Part shown: one piece after another, positions 17,687 through 27,607 of the stretch
How the letters are laid out: each line of letters opens with the position of its first letter
How positions within the stretch are numbered: the stretch's first letter is position 1
Assembly: GCA_963728565.1 (NCBI GenBank)
Contig: CAVSLC010000002.1
Span: 1 to 64,000 of the forward strand
DNA length: 64,000 nucleotides
Origin: an uncultured delta proteobacterium
Lineage (GTDB): Bacteria > Desulfobacterota > Binatia > UBA9968
Direction: 5' to 3'
Position numbers and translations under genes: made by a program
Notes under the pieces: generated by a model
What the model saw: the letters and a program-made list of their open reading frames with translations, nothing else
The model's database searches: none
What the model was told of the DNA's origin: nothing

Positions 17687-19229
17687 ATCGACGAATTCAC
17701 CCGATCTCCGGAGCGTTTTCGACAACGCGCCGGTGGGCATCGCCATTCTAACGCTTGCCGGTGATGTGCTCGAAGTAAATCGAGCCCTGTGCCGCATACT
17801 TGGATGTGAAAAGAGTCAGTTTCGGAAGAGGAAGCTTGAGCGGTCGATCTTTCCAAAGTTTTCCGATGACGATCGGAGGACAATTCAGGATATGCTGGAT
17901 GGGAAAATCCAACATTTCGAGCGAGAGAAAGAGTACGTTCACAAATCCGGAGATTCAGTCTGGACTCTAACGAGCGTCGGACTGGACTGCGATCCGGACG
18001 GCGAGCCTTTACACTTGATCATGCATCTTCAGGTTATCAGCAACTACAAAGGTCATGAACAGAAGCAATCAGTGGTTCACGATCTCAACGAACGAGTCAA
18101 AGAGCTCACGGCGCTGCATCGCACAGCGCGCTTGCTACAGGATCATGAAAGAGCCCCCGGGATGTTGCTATGGGAAATCGTTAACATTCTGCCCGAGGCA
18201 TTCGATCAGGCAGAGTTAGCCGCTGCGCGCATTGTCCTGGACGGAGTCGAATATAGATCGAAACACTTCGGCTCATGTTCGTCGACGCAGAGCGCGCCAT
18301 TCACCACCGCCGGTGGAAAGCACGGTCTTGTGGAAATCGCATATAGTGAAACTGGGCTCGGACGGACTAAACGTCCTTTTCTTCCTGAGGAAAAGAGCTT
18401 GCTCGATTCTATTGCAGAAATGTTGCAGTTGTATTTAGACCGCAAGGAAGCACAGGAGAGCGTTGAGAGCATTACCAGAGAACTGGTTGAGCGCAACAAG
18501 GAACTCTGGAATCTGCAGCAGGAAATGGGGCGGGTGGGGCAGGCCGCAGCCCTCGGCTGGATGACCGGAGCCATTGCTCACGAGCTGGGCACGCCGTTAA
18601 ACTCGGTGCTAGGATATACCCAACTGTTAGCGCAAGAGGATCTGCCCGAGAAACCCCGCCGCCATGTGAAAACTATCGAGAGTCAGGTTCGGCGCATGGC
18701 AGGCATTGTCCAATACTATTTGGATCGCACGCGTGGATCGACCAGCAGGCGCAGCCCGGTCAACTTAAACGATTTAGTGTCGGAGACCTTGCTCCTTCTC
18801 AAGCCTGTGTTCGCGGAGAAAAGCGTCCAGGTCATAATTCAATTGTCAGAGTCGTTGCCGTTGCTGAACGCACATAGCGGATCTGTACAGCGTGTATTGA
18901 TCAACTTGCTCAAGAACGCCGTCGACTCCCTGGGACAAGAGCGAAGAATCACAATTTCGACCTATACTGTGCAGGCATCGGAGCAGCAACGTTCCGGCGT
19001 TAACATAGAGATCTCAGACACCGGGGCGGGCATCTCCCCGGATCTGTTGCCAAAAGTTTTTGATTTTTTCATGACCACCAAGAATCCCGCCAACGGCACC
19101 GGCCTCGGCCTCGCTGTTTGCCAGGAGATTGTCAAGGAACATGGAGGAAAAATAGCGATCAATAGTCAAGTCGGAAAGGGCACAACGGTAAGAATCTTTT
19201 TTCCAACTGACGCGGCCAACGATCGCTAG
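17658..19229 (+). CDS. Cytoplasmic PAS-domain sensor histidine kinase
   Basis: PAS (FDNAPVGIA...VNRALC), H-box AHELGTPL, N-box NLLKNA, DTGAGI, GTGLGL. Confidence 0.93.
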   Translation: MKTTRSDKPKSTNSPDLRSVFDNAPVGIAILTLAGDVLEVNRALCRILGCEKSQFRKRKLERSIFPKFSDDDRRTIQDMLDGKIQHFEREKEYVHKSGDSVWTLTSVGLDCDPDGEPLHLIMHLQVISNYKGHEQKQSVVHDLNERVKELTALHRTARLLQDHERAPGMLLWEIVNILPEAFDQAELAAARIVLDGVEYRSKHFGSCSSTQSAPFTTAGGKHGLVEIAYSETGLGRTKRPFLPEEKSLLDSIAEMLQLYLDRKEAQESVESITRELVERNKELWNLQQEMGRVGQAAALGWMTGAIAHELGTPLNSVLGYTQLLAQEDLPEKPRRHVKTIESQVRRMAGIVQYYLDRTRGSTSRRSPVNLNDLVSETLLLLKPVFAEKSVQVIIQLSESLPLLNAHSGSVQRVLINLLKNAVDSLGQERRITISTYTVQASEQQRSGVNIEISDTGAGISPDLLPKVFDFFMTTKNPANGTGLGLAVCQEIVKEHGGKIAINSQVGKGTTVRIFFPTDAANDR

Positions 19230-19236
19230 CGAACGG

Positions 19237-20623
19237 GTGAACGTCTTGCAAGCGCGCATTTTGATCGTCGATGATGACGAGGTAAGCTGCCGGCTTTTCG
19301 CCGAGGTTCTGGAGGGAGATGGGCATGAAGTAGATCAAGCTGGCAGCGGTGAAGAAGCGCTCGATCGCCTAAGGAGGGAATCCTATGATTTGCTATTGGT
19401 CGATGTGCGGATGCCGGAAATGAGTGGTCTCGATGTGACCCGAGCCATGCGGCAAGAGCAGCCGTCTCTCCCCGTCATCGTGATGACGGCGTTCGGTTCG
19501 ATTGAGACCGCCGTCGAGGCTATTCATGAGGGCGCTTATGATTACGTCTCCAAGCCGATGAACTTGGATGAGCTGAAGAAAATTATTTTCAGGGCTTTAC
19601 GACAAAGAGAACTGGACGCCCGGCCTCCCAAGAAAGTCAAACAAGGCGAGGATCTTGAACAAAAAACCGTAATTGGCAGAAGTCCAGCTATGGTCGAAGT
19701 GTTCAAGATGGTGGCAAGAGCAGCTCCAACAAAAAGCACGGTGCTGATTCTCGGAGAAAGCGGCACAGGCAAAGAGGTGATCGCCCGGTCCATTCATCAA
19801 CACAGTTCCCGCGCTCAACGTGCGTTTGTGGCGGTGGATTGTGGGGCTCTTACAGAGACGCTGCTGGAAAGCGAGCTTTTCGGGCACGCGCGCGGCGCTT
19901 TCACGGGAGCGGTCGGCGACAAAAAAGGTGTGTTTCAATCAGCCACCAGCGGAACCTGCTTTCTCGACGAGATCGGGGATATCAGCCTTAACATGCAATC
20001 AAAGCTTCTTCGGGTCTTGCAAGAGGAAGAGATTAGGCCGGTAGGGGGCAAGGACTGGATTAAAGTAGACGTGCGAGTGTTGGCCGCCACCAACAAGGAT
20101 CTAGACGAACTGGTGAAACGCGGGGCTTTTCGAGAAGATCTTTACTACCGGTTGAAAGTGATCACCATCCACCTGCCGCCGCTCCGGCAAAGAACGGAAG
20201 ATATCGACGCGCTGGTGCAAATTTTTATTCGGCGCTACAGCCTAGCTGCCGGTAAGCCAATTACGGATATCTCTGAGGAAGCTATCGAGCGACTCAGAAG
20301 CTATTCTTGGCCCGGGAATATCCGCCAGCTCGAGAATGCCATCGAGCAAGCTGTCGTCCTCTCGAAAGATTCCGTTCTCTCGTTAGAGGATCTACCTCAA
20401 GAAGTTCGGGAAGGCTTGCCGCCGCTGTACGAGAACGCCGGCGATGAACACGTTAATTTTTTCGGACATGCCCAGTTTGGAAGAGATCAAAAAGCGTTAC
20501 GCGCTGTATGTGCTGAACCGTGTCAGGGGAAATATCTCTCGGGCAGCGAAGGTCCTACATATCGACAGACGCTCTCTTTACCGCATGCTCGCGCGTTGGA
20601 AGATTGACTCTTTTAAGCATTAA
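19237..20623 (+). CDS. sigma54-dependent response regulator (NtrC/AtoC family); Fis-HTH out of frame after about 20460
   Basis: REC domain, GESGTGKE, GAFTGA, FLDEIG, WPGNIRQL; HTH GNISRAAKVLHIDRRSLYRML lies in the +1 frame after a T6 run. Confidence 0.9.
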
Positions 20624-20692
20624 ACTCGAACTGCTCAAGCAAGACCTTCCGTATTCCTTCCCAGGCATTTTGACCGACGCCTCTGCCGCATT

Positions 20693-20708
20693 CGGCATAA
20701 TTGTTGCG
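20693..20708 (+). promoter_or_regulatory. sigma54-like promoter upstream of the receiver gene
   Basis: CGGCATAATTGTTGCG, correct spacing, 33 nt before the start codon. Confidence 0.55.
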
Positions 20709-20741
20709 GTGGACTATGATTGAAAGAACGGAGGATTTGAA

Positions 20742-21128
20742 TTGCGCGTTTTAATCATAGAAGACGACCAGACCTTCTGCGAGTTTTTAGCAGAGATTTT
20801 ACAAACCGGAGACAACGAGGTGGTCTCGAGCATGGACGGGGTAGATGGTTATGAGAAAGCATGGGCGAACTCCTTTGATCTCTTCATTTTTGACGTCCGC
20901 ACGCCTGGACTGCTGGGGACCGAAATCGCTGAGGCGCTGAAGCAGAAAAATCCTGGAGCTAAGATCATTCTGATTTCAGCTTTTGCAGATGACACATTAC
21001 GCCGCGCCGCTGAAAAGCTGCAAGCAGAGCTTCTTTCCAAACCCTTTTCCGCCGATGACTTATTCCGAGTGATAGATAGAGTCAGAAGCGAGCAGGGTAA
21101 GAATTCACAAGAATCTTCACGGCTCTAA
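20742..21128 (+). CDS. Single-domain response regulator
   Basis: LIIEDD, FIFDVRTPG, ILISAF, LSKPF; SD GGAGG plus TTG. Confidence 0.88.
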   Translation: MRVLIIEDDQTFCEFLAEILQTGDNEVVSSMDGVDGYEKAWANSFDLFIFDVRTPGLLGTEIAEALKQKNPGAKIILISAFADDTLRRAAEKLQAELLSKPFSADDLFRVIDRVRSEQGKNSQESSRL

Positions 21129-21250
21129 TCGAAACTGACCGGACGGCGTGTACCGCCAGCAGCTCTCTGAAGAATGAGCCTTGAGTATGCAAAGTAGCTT
21201 ATGACTGTTGACATTTCACCCCCGCGAAATTGCCCCGGCATAACAGCACT

Positions 21251-21276
21251 GCCAAAGTCCTGACAATTTGGCCTCA
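21251..21276 (+). promoter_or_regulatory. Conserved upstream activator-like motif, copy D (1-nt gap)
   Basis: GCCAAAGTCCTGACAATTTGGCCTCA followed by TGCCTTTT. Confidence 0.5.
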
Positions 21277-21338
21277 TGCCTTTTCAACAAGGAAGTTCAG
21301 TAATGCGCCTTCTTTGTGCGAGTGCTTATGTTCTTTGC

Positions 21339-21354
21339 TGGAATGAACATTGCG
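21339..21354 (+). promoter_or_regulatory. sigma54-like promoter
   Basis: TGGAATGAACATTGCG, correct GG/GC spacing, 62 nt after motif copy D. Confidence 0.5.
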
Positions 21355-21602
21355 CTTAACATGCTCATGTCACCGAGGCGAAACGGCAAGAAGCAATCGA
21401 GGATTCCGCGCCGATCGCGATCAAAGTTAACGGAGACTCGACGTTGGATTAAAGAGTGGCGCCTACTGGAGTGGACTCACTCTGAGCACAACACAGTTCG
21501 GTGATCGCCCACACTAAATCTTCTCGTCACCTTGGTTTTCCTCCCGGTCGATTATTCTCCCAGAGGCTGGTTTAAGCAGCGCGGCTGAACTGCCGGTCAA
21601 GA

Positions 21603-23186
21603 TCAACCATAGTGTCTCAAAACGTTTTTGCTCGAAGGATCGGCTGCTCCTGTGGCGGCGATTGTCCTCTCGAACTCGACTTCGGCCCGAAGTCCCTCGA
21701 GATCCCGGTGAATCAGTGCGACCGCCAATTTCCTGCCGCCCTTCCGATACGTGATCGCGCAGTCTCGCGCGTCAAGCTGCCCATCGATCTCGGCTTTATC
21801 CCATCCCTTGGCGTGGCCAACGTAAGCAAGGCCGAAATCGTATTGCTCGGTCCAGAAGAAAGGAATGGCGTCGAAACGTTCCCGTCGATCCAGCATGTTG
21901 CGCGCGGCCGTCTGCCCCTGGCGTTGCGCAACAACCCAGTGTTCGACACGAATCCGCTCGCCGGTGAACCGGTCCGGCCAGCGCGCGATATCGCCGGCTG
22001 CAAAGATACCGGGGATGCTCGTTTCCAAGTACTCGTCCACCATGATGCCGCGGTCGATGGCGAGTCCTGCCCGTTCTGCCAGTGAAATCGCCGGTCGCAC
22101 GCCGATGCCGATGACCACGAGATCGGCCGGAAGGGTCGCTCCGTTCTTCAAAACGACCTGGCGCGCGTCAATCGATGTAGCGGTCGTGCCGAGATGGAAC
22201 GTGACACCGTGTTCTTCATGGAGTTTGCGGATGAAATTCCCGACATCGGCTCCGAGGATCTTCTCCATGGGGCATGCCTCTCGGCCGACCACAGTCACGT
22301 CGATATTCCGCGCTCGAAGGGATGCCGCCACCTCGAGCCCGATGAAGCTCGCGCCGATGACTACGGCGCGGCGCGCAGCCAGAGCCTTGCCGACAAGAGC
22401 GCGGCCGTCGACGAGCGTGCGCAAGTAATGGACGTGCGGGAGATCCCCGCCGGGCAATTCGAGGCGCACCGGCTCGGCGCCAGTGGCCAGCAGGAGAGCA
22501 TCGTAAGGATACCGGCTGCCGTCTTTGAGCTCGATGTAGTGGCGCGGCGCATTTATCGTGACGACCCGCGCCCGCAGCTTCACATCGATATCACGCTGTT
22601 TGTAAAACTCCGTGGATCGAAGCGGGTTTGACTCCTCGGGCGCGGTGCCCGCGAGATAGCCTTTCGAAAGGTTGGGGCGGTCACAGGGTAATGACTCGTC
22701 GGCGCTCAACAGGGTGATACGGCCGAGATAACCCTCCAGACGGAGCATTTCCGCAGCGGCATCGCCTGCCGCGCCGCCACCCACAATCACGACCGACTTC
22801 GGTATACCGGCCGCCGCAGGCATGCGTGATGGCTCGGCTACCGGCTCGAGCTTCTCTCGCACATACACCATGCCGTCTCGCCGCTCGACGCGCCAACGCG
22901 AGATGGGATTCAAAGCCGGTGCTCGCAGGGCCGCACCGGTACGCAAGCTGAAACAGGCGTGATGCCACGGACAACGAACCGTATCGTCGACAAGCAGCCC
23001 CTCGTTTAGCGGGGCGCCATAGTGGGTGCACGCGTTACCAACCGCGAACAGCTCATCGCCTCGACGTACGAGGAGCGCCGATTCGCCGTGGGCATGGCCG
23101 AGCAACATGGCGCCGTCGGCAATTGTCGAGAGTACGACTCCCTGCACGAGATCAGGTCCACTCAGTTCCACCTTTACTTCGCTCAT
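21603..23186 (-). CDS. Rieske domain plus FAD/NAD(P)H oxidoreductase fusion (ferredoxin reductase/AIF-like)
   Basis: CTHYG and CPWHH; GGGAAG, RPNLSK, LATGA, IGASFIGLE, FAAGD, RVEHW, PFFW. Confidence 0.92.
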   Translation of the reverse strand: MSEVKVELSGPDLVQGVVLSTIADGAMLLGHAHGESALLVRRGDELFAVGNACTHYGAPLNEGLLVDDTVRCPWHHACFSLRTGAALRAPALNPISRWRVERRDGMVYVREKLEPVAEPSRMPAAAGIPKSVVIVGGGAAGDAAAEMLRLEGYLGRITLLSADESLPCDRPNLSKGYLAGTAPEESNPLRSTEFYKQRDIDVKLRARVVTINAPRHYIELKDGSRYPYDALLLATGAEPVRLELPGGDLPHVHYLRTLVDGRALVGKALAARRAVVIGASFIGLEVAASLRARNIDVTVVGREACPMEKILGADVGNFIRKLHEEHGVTFHLGTTATSIDARQVVLKNGATLPADLVVIGIGVRPAISLAERAGLAIDRGIMVDEYLETSIPGIFAAGDIARWPDRFTGERIRVEHWVVAQRQGQTAARNMLDRRERFDAIPFFWTEQYDFGLAYVGHAKGWDKAEIDGQLDARDCAITYRKGGRKLAVALIHRDLEGLRAEVEFERTIAATGAADPSSKNVLRHYG

Positions 23187-23231
23187 TTGATCCTCCCTAA
23201 CATGTTGGGCCTGAGATACCTCAGGTCACTG

Positions 23232-24320
23232 TCATTTCCTTCCTGCTTGATCAGACTTGTTCTTGACGAGGACACTTTTTGATGCGATGCAAGCCAACAC
23301 GTCGTTCCAGGACTTATCGAAAGATTGGGTGCCCTCGCTCTGGAGATCAGCGGCAAGCGTTTCATCGTTGATGCCTTCGCGGGTGAATTCGGCGAGCACG
23401 TCTTCGGCGTCGCCGCCATCGATCGGCAACACGCCTCTTAGTCGACCGTGCTCGGCGAAGGCGCGCAACGTCTTTTCCGGCATGGTGTTGATCGTATCGG
23501 GAGCTGCCAGCGCTTCGATGTAGAGGGTCTCTGCGGCCTGCGCGTCTTTCGTGCCGGTGCTTGCCCAGAGCAAGCGTTGCGGACGGGCGCCGGAGTCGGC
23601 AAGCTTCCGCCAACGCGGCGAGACCAGCAGGTCGCGATAGGCCTTATACGTGCGCTTGGCGATGGCAATGCCCAGGCGATTGCGCAGCCCGTCTGAAACC
23701 TTGTCCTTCACCGCTACGTCCCAGCGGCTGACGAAGACCGATGCTACCGAATCCACCTTGGGGTTGAGGCCGGCGGCAATGCGGCGCTCGATCCCGCCCA
23801 TATACGCCTCGGCTGCCGCGATGTATTGTTCCCGTGAGAACAACAGTGTGACGTTTACTGGCACGCCCGCGAAGATCGTCGCCTCAATCGCAGGAATGCC
23901 TTTGCGGGTACCTGGAATCTTGATGAAAAGATTGGGGCGTCTCGCGCGCGCATGAAGTTGTACAGCCGATTTTATAGTGCCGGCCGTGTCATCGACCAAC
24001 AAAGGAGACACCTCCAACGAAACCCAGCCGTCAACTCCGCTGGTGGCGTGGTGGGCCGGACGGAACAGGTCGGCTGCCCGGATCAAATCCTCCAAAGCAA
24101 GTTCGTAGAACAACTCCTCGCCCGATTTACCCTGAACCGCCTTTTGACGGATAGCATCGTCGTAGAAGCACGCCTCTTTGATGGCGTTATCGAAGATCGT
24201 CGGAGTGGAGGTGATCCCCGTCACCGAAAAATCGCTGATGTAGCGGTCCAATGTGCCGCTCGTCAGAAGCCCGCGCGTGATATTGTCGAGCCAAAGGCTC
24301 TGACCGAGATCATGTAATGC
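23232..24320 (-). pseudogene. tal: Transaldolase, 5'-truncated (no in-frame start before the conserved N-terminus)
   Basis: ALHDLGQSLWLDNITR directly preceded by C and an in-frame stop; TSTPTIF (N to T), FIKIPGT, NVTLLFS, SVFVSRWD, RLLWASTG. Confidence 0.8.
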
Positions 24321-24391
24321 ACATCACCCGCAAAGTGACTGTCGAGCCGTATCATAGGGTCGGAGTAGGGTTTCGCTCGTTCGCCGCTGAG

Positions 24392-24805
24392 TTATTCCTC
24401 GCGCTCGGCTAATCTCGCAAGCGCAAGCGCGCCAAAAGATAAACCTAGATCGCGCAAGGCCACGTCAAAATATCCCGGCACCAGCAGCAAGTTTATGATG
24501 ATTCCCCAGAGCCAGGCGGTAACGACCAAAGCACCGAACTTCGGTTTCACCGCGACCGCAATACCGGCGATGATTTCGATGACTCCTACCACCATCATGA
24601 AAGTGGCCGGATCGATCCCGGTCCATGTCGGTACCAACGGCGTGAGATATTGAGTCCAGTCCACCAGCACATTAGAAAACTTGTCGAGCCCGGCGATGAC
24701 CGGTGCGACGGTGAACCCAAATTTAAGAATCATATAGGCCTGATGCGCGTAGTCTGTAGTTGGTTCAGCAGCCACGTACGCGGGCCTGAGCATTGGACGA
24801 GCCAT
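24392..24805 (-). CDS. DoxX-like small membrane protein
   Basis: GFTVAPVIAGLDKF, VGVIEIIAG, DVALRDLGL; SD AGGAGG. Confidence 0.8.
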   Translation of the reverse strand: MARPMLRPAYVAAEPTTDYAHQAYMILKFGFTVAPVIAGLDKFSNVLVDWTQYLTPLVPTWTGIDPATFMMVVGVIEIIAGIAVAVKPKFGALVVTAWLWGIIINLLLVPGYFDVALRDLGLSFGALALARLAEREE

Positions 24806-24864
24806 TTTCGTTTCCTCCTAGCAATCTTCTACGGACGCCTCTTCAAGCATCCGTAGAGGTATAG

Positions 24865-24880
24865 CGCAACCAGAATGCCA
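24865..24880 (-). promoter_or_regulatory. sigma54 promoter for the DoxX-like gene
   Basis: Minus strand TGGCATTCTGGTTGCG. Confidence 0.7.
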
Positions 24881-25115
24881 ACTGCTGATCGGAAGGTTAA
24901 CTTGTGAAAAGGATTAAATTCGCGCCTCTAGCACACTAACGGGTGATGTTGCATGAAACAGTGGCGATGTTTCTAAGTTTCAGCTGTTTCATCCGCTAAG
25001 CCTTGCATTTATGGAGCCTTAACAATTCTGTCTTCGCGCTGATCGAGCGCACTAGCTGCTCGTACTGTCCGCAATGTTCCCAGCGAATGGACTTCTAGCA
25101 GTGAATCACAATAAT

Positions 25116-25142
25116 GCCACAGTGCCTCACATTTCTGCCTCA
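25116..25142 (+). promoter_or_regulatory. Conserved upstream activator-like motif, copy B
   Basis: GCCACAGTGCCTCACATTTCTGCCTCA. Confidence 0.65.
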
Positions 25143-25245
25143 TCCTTTTTGCCTTTATAAGGAGACGCGTTTCGATGCTCCGTTTTGAAGACTGCCTTCC
25201 CACAAGTAAATGCATTGCTTTGAGTAGCACTGCCTGTTCGCGCTC

Positions 25246-25261
25246 TGGCATCATCGTTGCG
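25246..25261 (+). promoter_or_regulatory. sigma54 promoter upstream of USP pseudogene
   Basis: TGGCATCATCGTTGCG. Confidence 0.7.
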
Positions 25262-25467
25262 CTTACAGATCGTCATGGCATTGAGATTAAAGGACAAGGA
25301 TGAGAGAGCATTCCATGCTATAAGTTTGAGGCCGCTGAATTCGCCGAACAGCAGCGAGCGACGCAAGCCGTCTTCTGGTCGAGCATGATAATGGAAAAAT
25401 TGCCGCGGCATTTCTACGCATAAATTTTACCCGGAGCAGGAGAGTAGATAATCAGAAGAGGATAACT

Positions 25468-26080
25468 ATTTACACACGATTGCTAATAGCGCTGGATGGA
25501 TCGAAAACGGCTGAAGCGGCGTTGCCCTATGGCCGAACTCTGGCGAGAACGCTCAAAATCCCCGTTGAGCTCCTGGGTATCGTCGATATTGCTGTATTGA
25601 GCTAGTCAGGTATTTCGTGGCAGCGGCTATTTCGAACCGATCGTCGCTGAAAGCGCTCGAAATACGGAAGAGTATTTGAAACGCATAGCAAGAACGTTTC
25701 CTGACCACGAGGTAAAGTGCACTGTAGAAAAGGGAAAGGCGGAAGACGTCATCATTGAAAAGACGGGATCGGATGCAACGCTTACGGCCATGGCCACACA
25801 CGGCCGTTCGGGATTCAATCGATTGCTTCTGGGAAGTGTGGCGGAAAAGGTGCTGCGGAGCTCAATCAATCCACTCCTACTCATCCGCGCCAGTGAAGAA
25901 ACCAAGAGCGAAGGGCAGGCAATCCTACGATCTGTAATCGTTCCTCTCGACGGATCTGAGTTGGCGGAAATGGTCCTCTCTCCTGTCGTGCAGTTGGCCG
26001 ACGCATTAAAAACTGGAAATCCTTTTGCTCCGTGCCTACCATATCCCCGTCACTACTTACGCAGGAATTGAGGATTATCT
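25468..26080 (+). pseudogene. Tandem-domain universal stress protein, disrupted and truncated
   Basis: YTRLLIALDGSKTAEAALP, internal stop, MATHGRSG...LGSVAEKVLR, second domain VIVPLDGSELAE then frameshift; ATT after SD AGAGGA. Confidence 0.8.
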
Positions 26081-26250
26081 ACCAACTTCTCACCGGAAGA
26101 TTAACTGGGATGTCTTCGCGTTCCATACGCTTTTTGCTTATCTGTTAAAGATCTTGATAACGGGTGCTCGAAGTTCAAAACTTAAAAGGGAGAGATGAGA
26201 TATCACTGAAGAAATCTCCGTATCTATAAGCCTGCGGGCAGGACTTTTTA

Positions 26251-26743
26251 ATGGCTGGTAAAATCTGCCGCTAGCTCACGGAGGATCACGCATGTCTCGA
26301 CGCGTTGCTTGAACGTGCTACGGCTCGTCTGGAAACTATTGACGGCCCGTTTACGCTAATTCCGTGCTCAATTGTTGAAACATATCGCGATGGAGGAAAA
26401 GATCCTGCTCCCCGCGGCCCAAGGGCCTGGCAATAGGAAACCGCTTCCGATCGCGGCGAACTCCGTCTTGATCACGGGGTGTCGCGGCGCTTCTTGTGCC
26501 CAGGCCTAACTCTTCTATCATCGCGGCGATAAGAATCATCCTCCAAGCGCACAATCCCATTGAAGAGCGGCCGGGCGGATTCTATGAGCAATGTGAAGAA
26601 CTGGCAGGGCTCAGACGGATCAAATCCTGACCCAGCTACAAAATACTTCCACTGTAAGAGTGGCGCCACACGTCGACGCTGCCAAAGTGATCGAGGCGCC
26701 GCGCCGCGCCTTGGCAAAGGCCGGCTACGATATAGAGCTGTGA
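26251..26743 (+). pseudogene. Hemerythrin-like domain protein, copy 2, multiply disrupted
   Basis: MAGKICR*LTEDH.CLDALL, LLKHIAMEEKILLP, RLDHG, HNPIEE, YEQCEELAG, AGYDIEL*; paralog of 14865-15356. Confidence 0.75.
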
Positions 26744-26900
26744 TCGATTATGTGAGTAGCGATGGTAGCTTTGATTGTAATGTGCGACCGCGTCGTGGCT
26801 CAACCTGACAGATCGCCATGGGATTATGCGGTCGTTCGCCAGCCAGTGCGCCTAGCTCAGATTGTGGATGAGTATTTGGAGAATCGAAGAACGCAAAGTT

Positions 26901-26927
26901 GCCACAGTGTCTCACAATCTCGCCTCA
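26901..26927 (+). promoter_or_regulatory. Conserved upstream activator-like motif, copy C
   Basis: GCCACAGTGTCTCACAATCTCGCCTCA followed by CTTTTGATAGTG (copy A is followed by CTCTTATAGTG). Confidence 0.65.
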
Positions 26928-27070
26928 CTTTTGATAGTGCCAAGAGCCACTACTATTATCGACGTGACGTGGACAGCTCGCTCTGCGGATTCCAAGTAGA
27001 TAATGCGCAGACATAAAAGAACTGCCAAAACTTTTCTTCGTCCCAGCTCGATAGATCCGTCAATCGATTC

Positions 27071-27086
27071 CGGCATCGATCTTGCT
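27071..27086 (+). promoter_or_regulatory. sigma54-like promoter
   Basis: CGGCATCGATCTTGCT. Confidence 0.6.
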
Positions 27087-27607
27087 CGATCGAATGCGTA
27101 ATGAGGGTCGATGTGAGCATGTTAAATCTAATTATTGGCTTATAGCTTCGGTGTTTTTTCCATCATTGTTCTCCCGTAGGGCTGGTCATCTTTTTCTCGG
27201 AATTGCCGATTGGCTGCTACTATCGGAGAGCACGAAAAAGCTACGCGTTCCCAAAAGCTGCAGATTCTAGCAGCCGCAGAGCAGACGTAAGCGCGCAGTG
27301 GCAGGAAGGTCGTCGAAAGCCGTCAATGTGCACCCGTCCGCGATTGCGCGGCTTCGGACGCTAAGCCGGCTGGCAATCTCCCAACGTTCGACGTCGTGAC
27401 GGTGTCCTACTGCCGTCAGTCGGCAGTGGGCTTGTTCGATGGATTACCGGTGAGATCACCAGCGGATCTCATACTAAGGTTAATGCAACTCGGTATATTT
27501 TTAATAGTCGTAATTAGGAAAAGCGAACCAACTAGGCAACGGGCAGGTTGTCTGAGAAGTGACCTTTGAACGGCGCTTTGTTTATCAGCCAAGGAGCAAA
27601 GAAGTTC

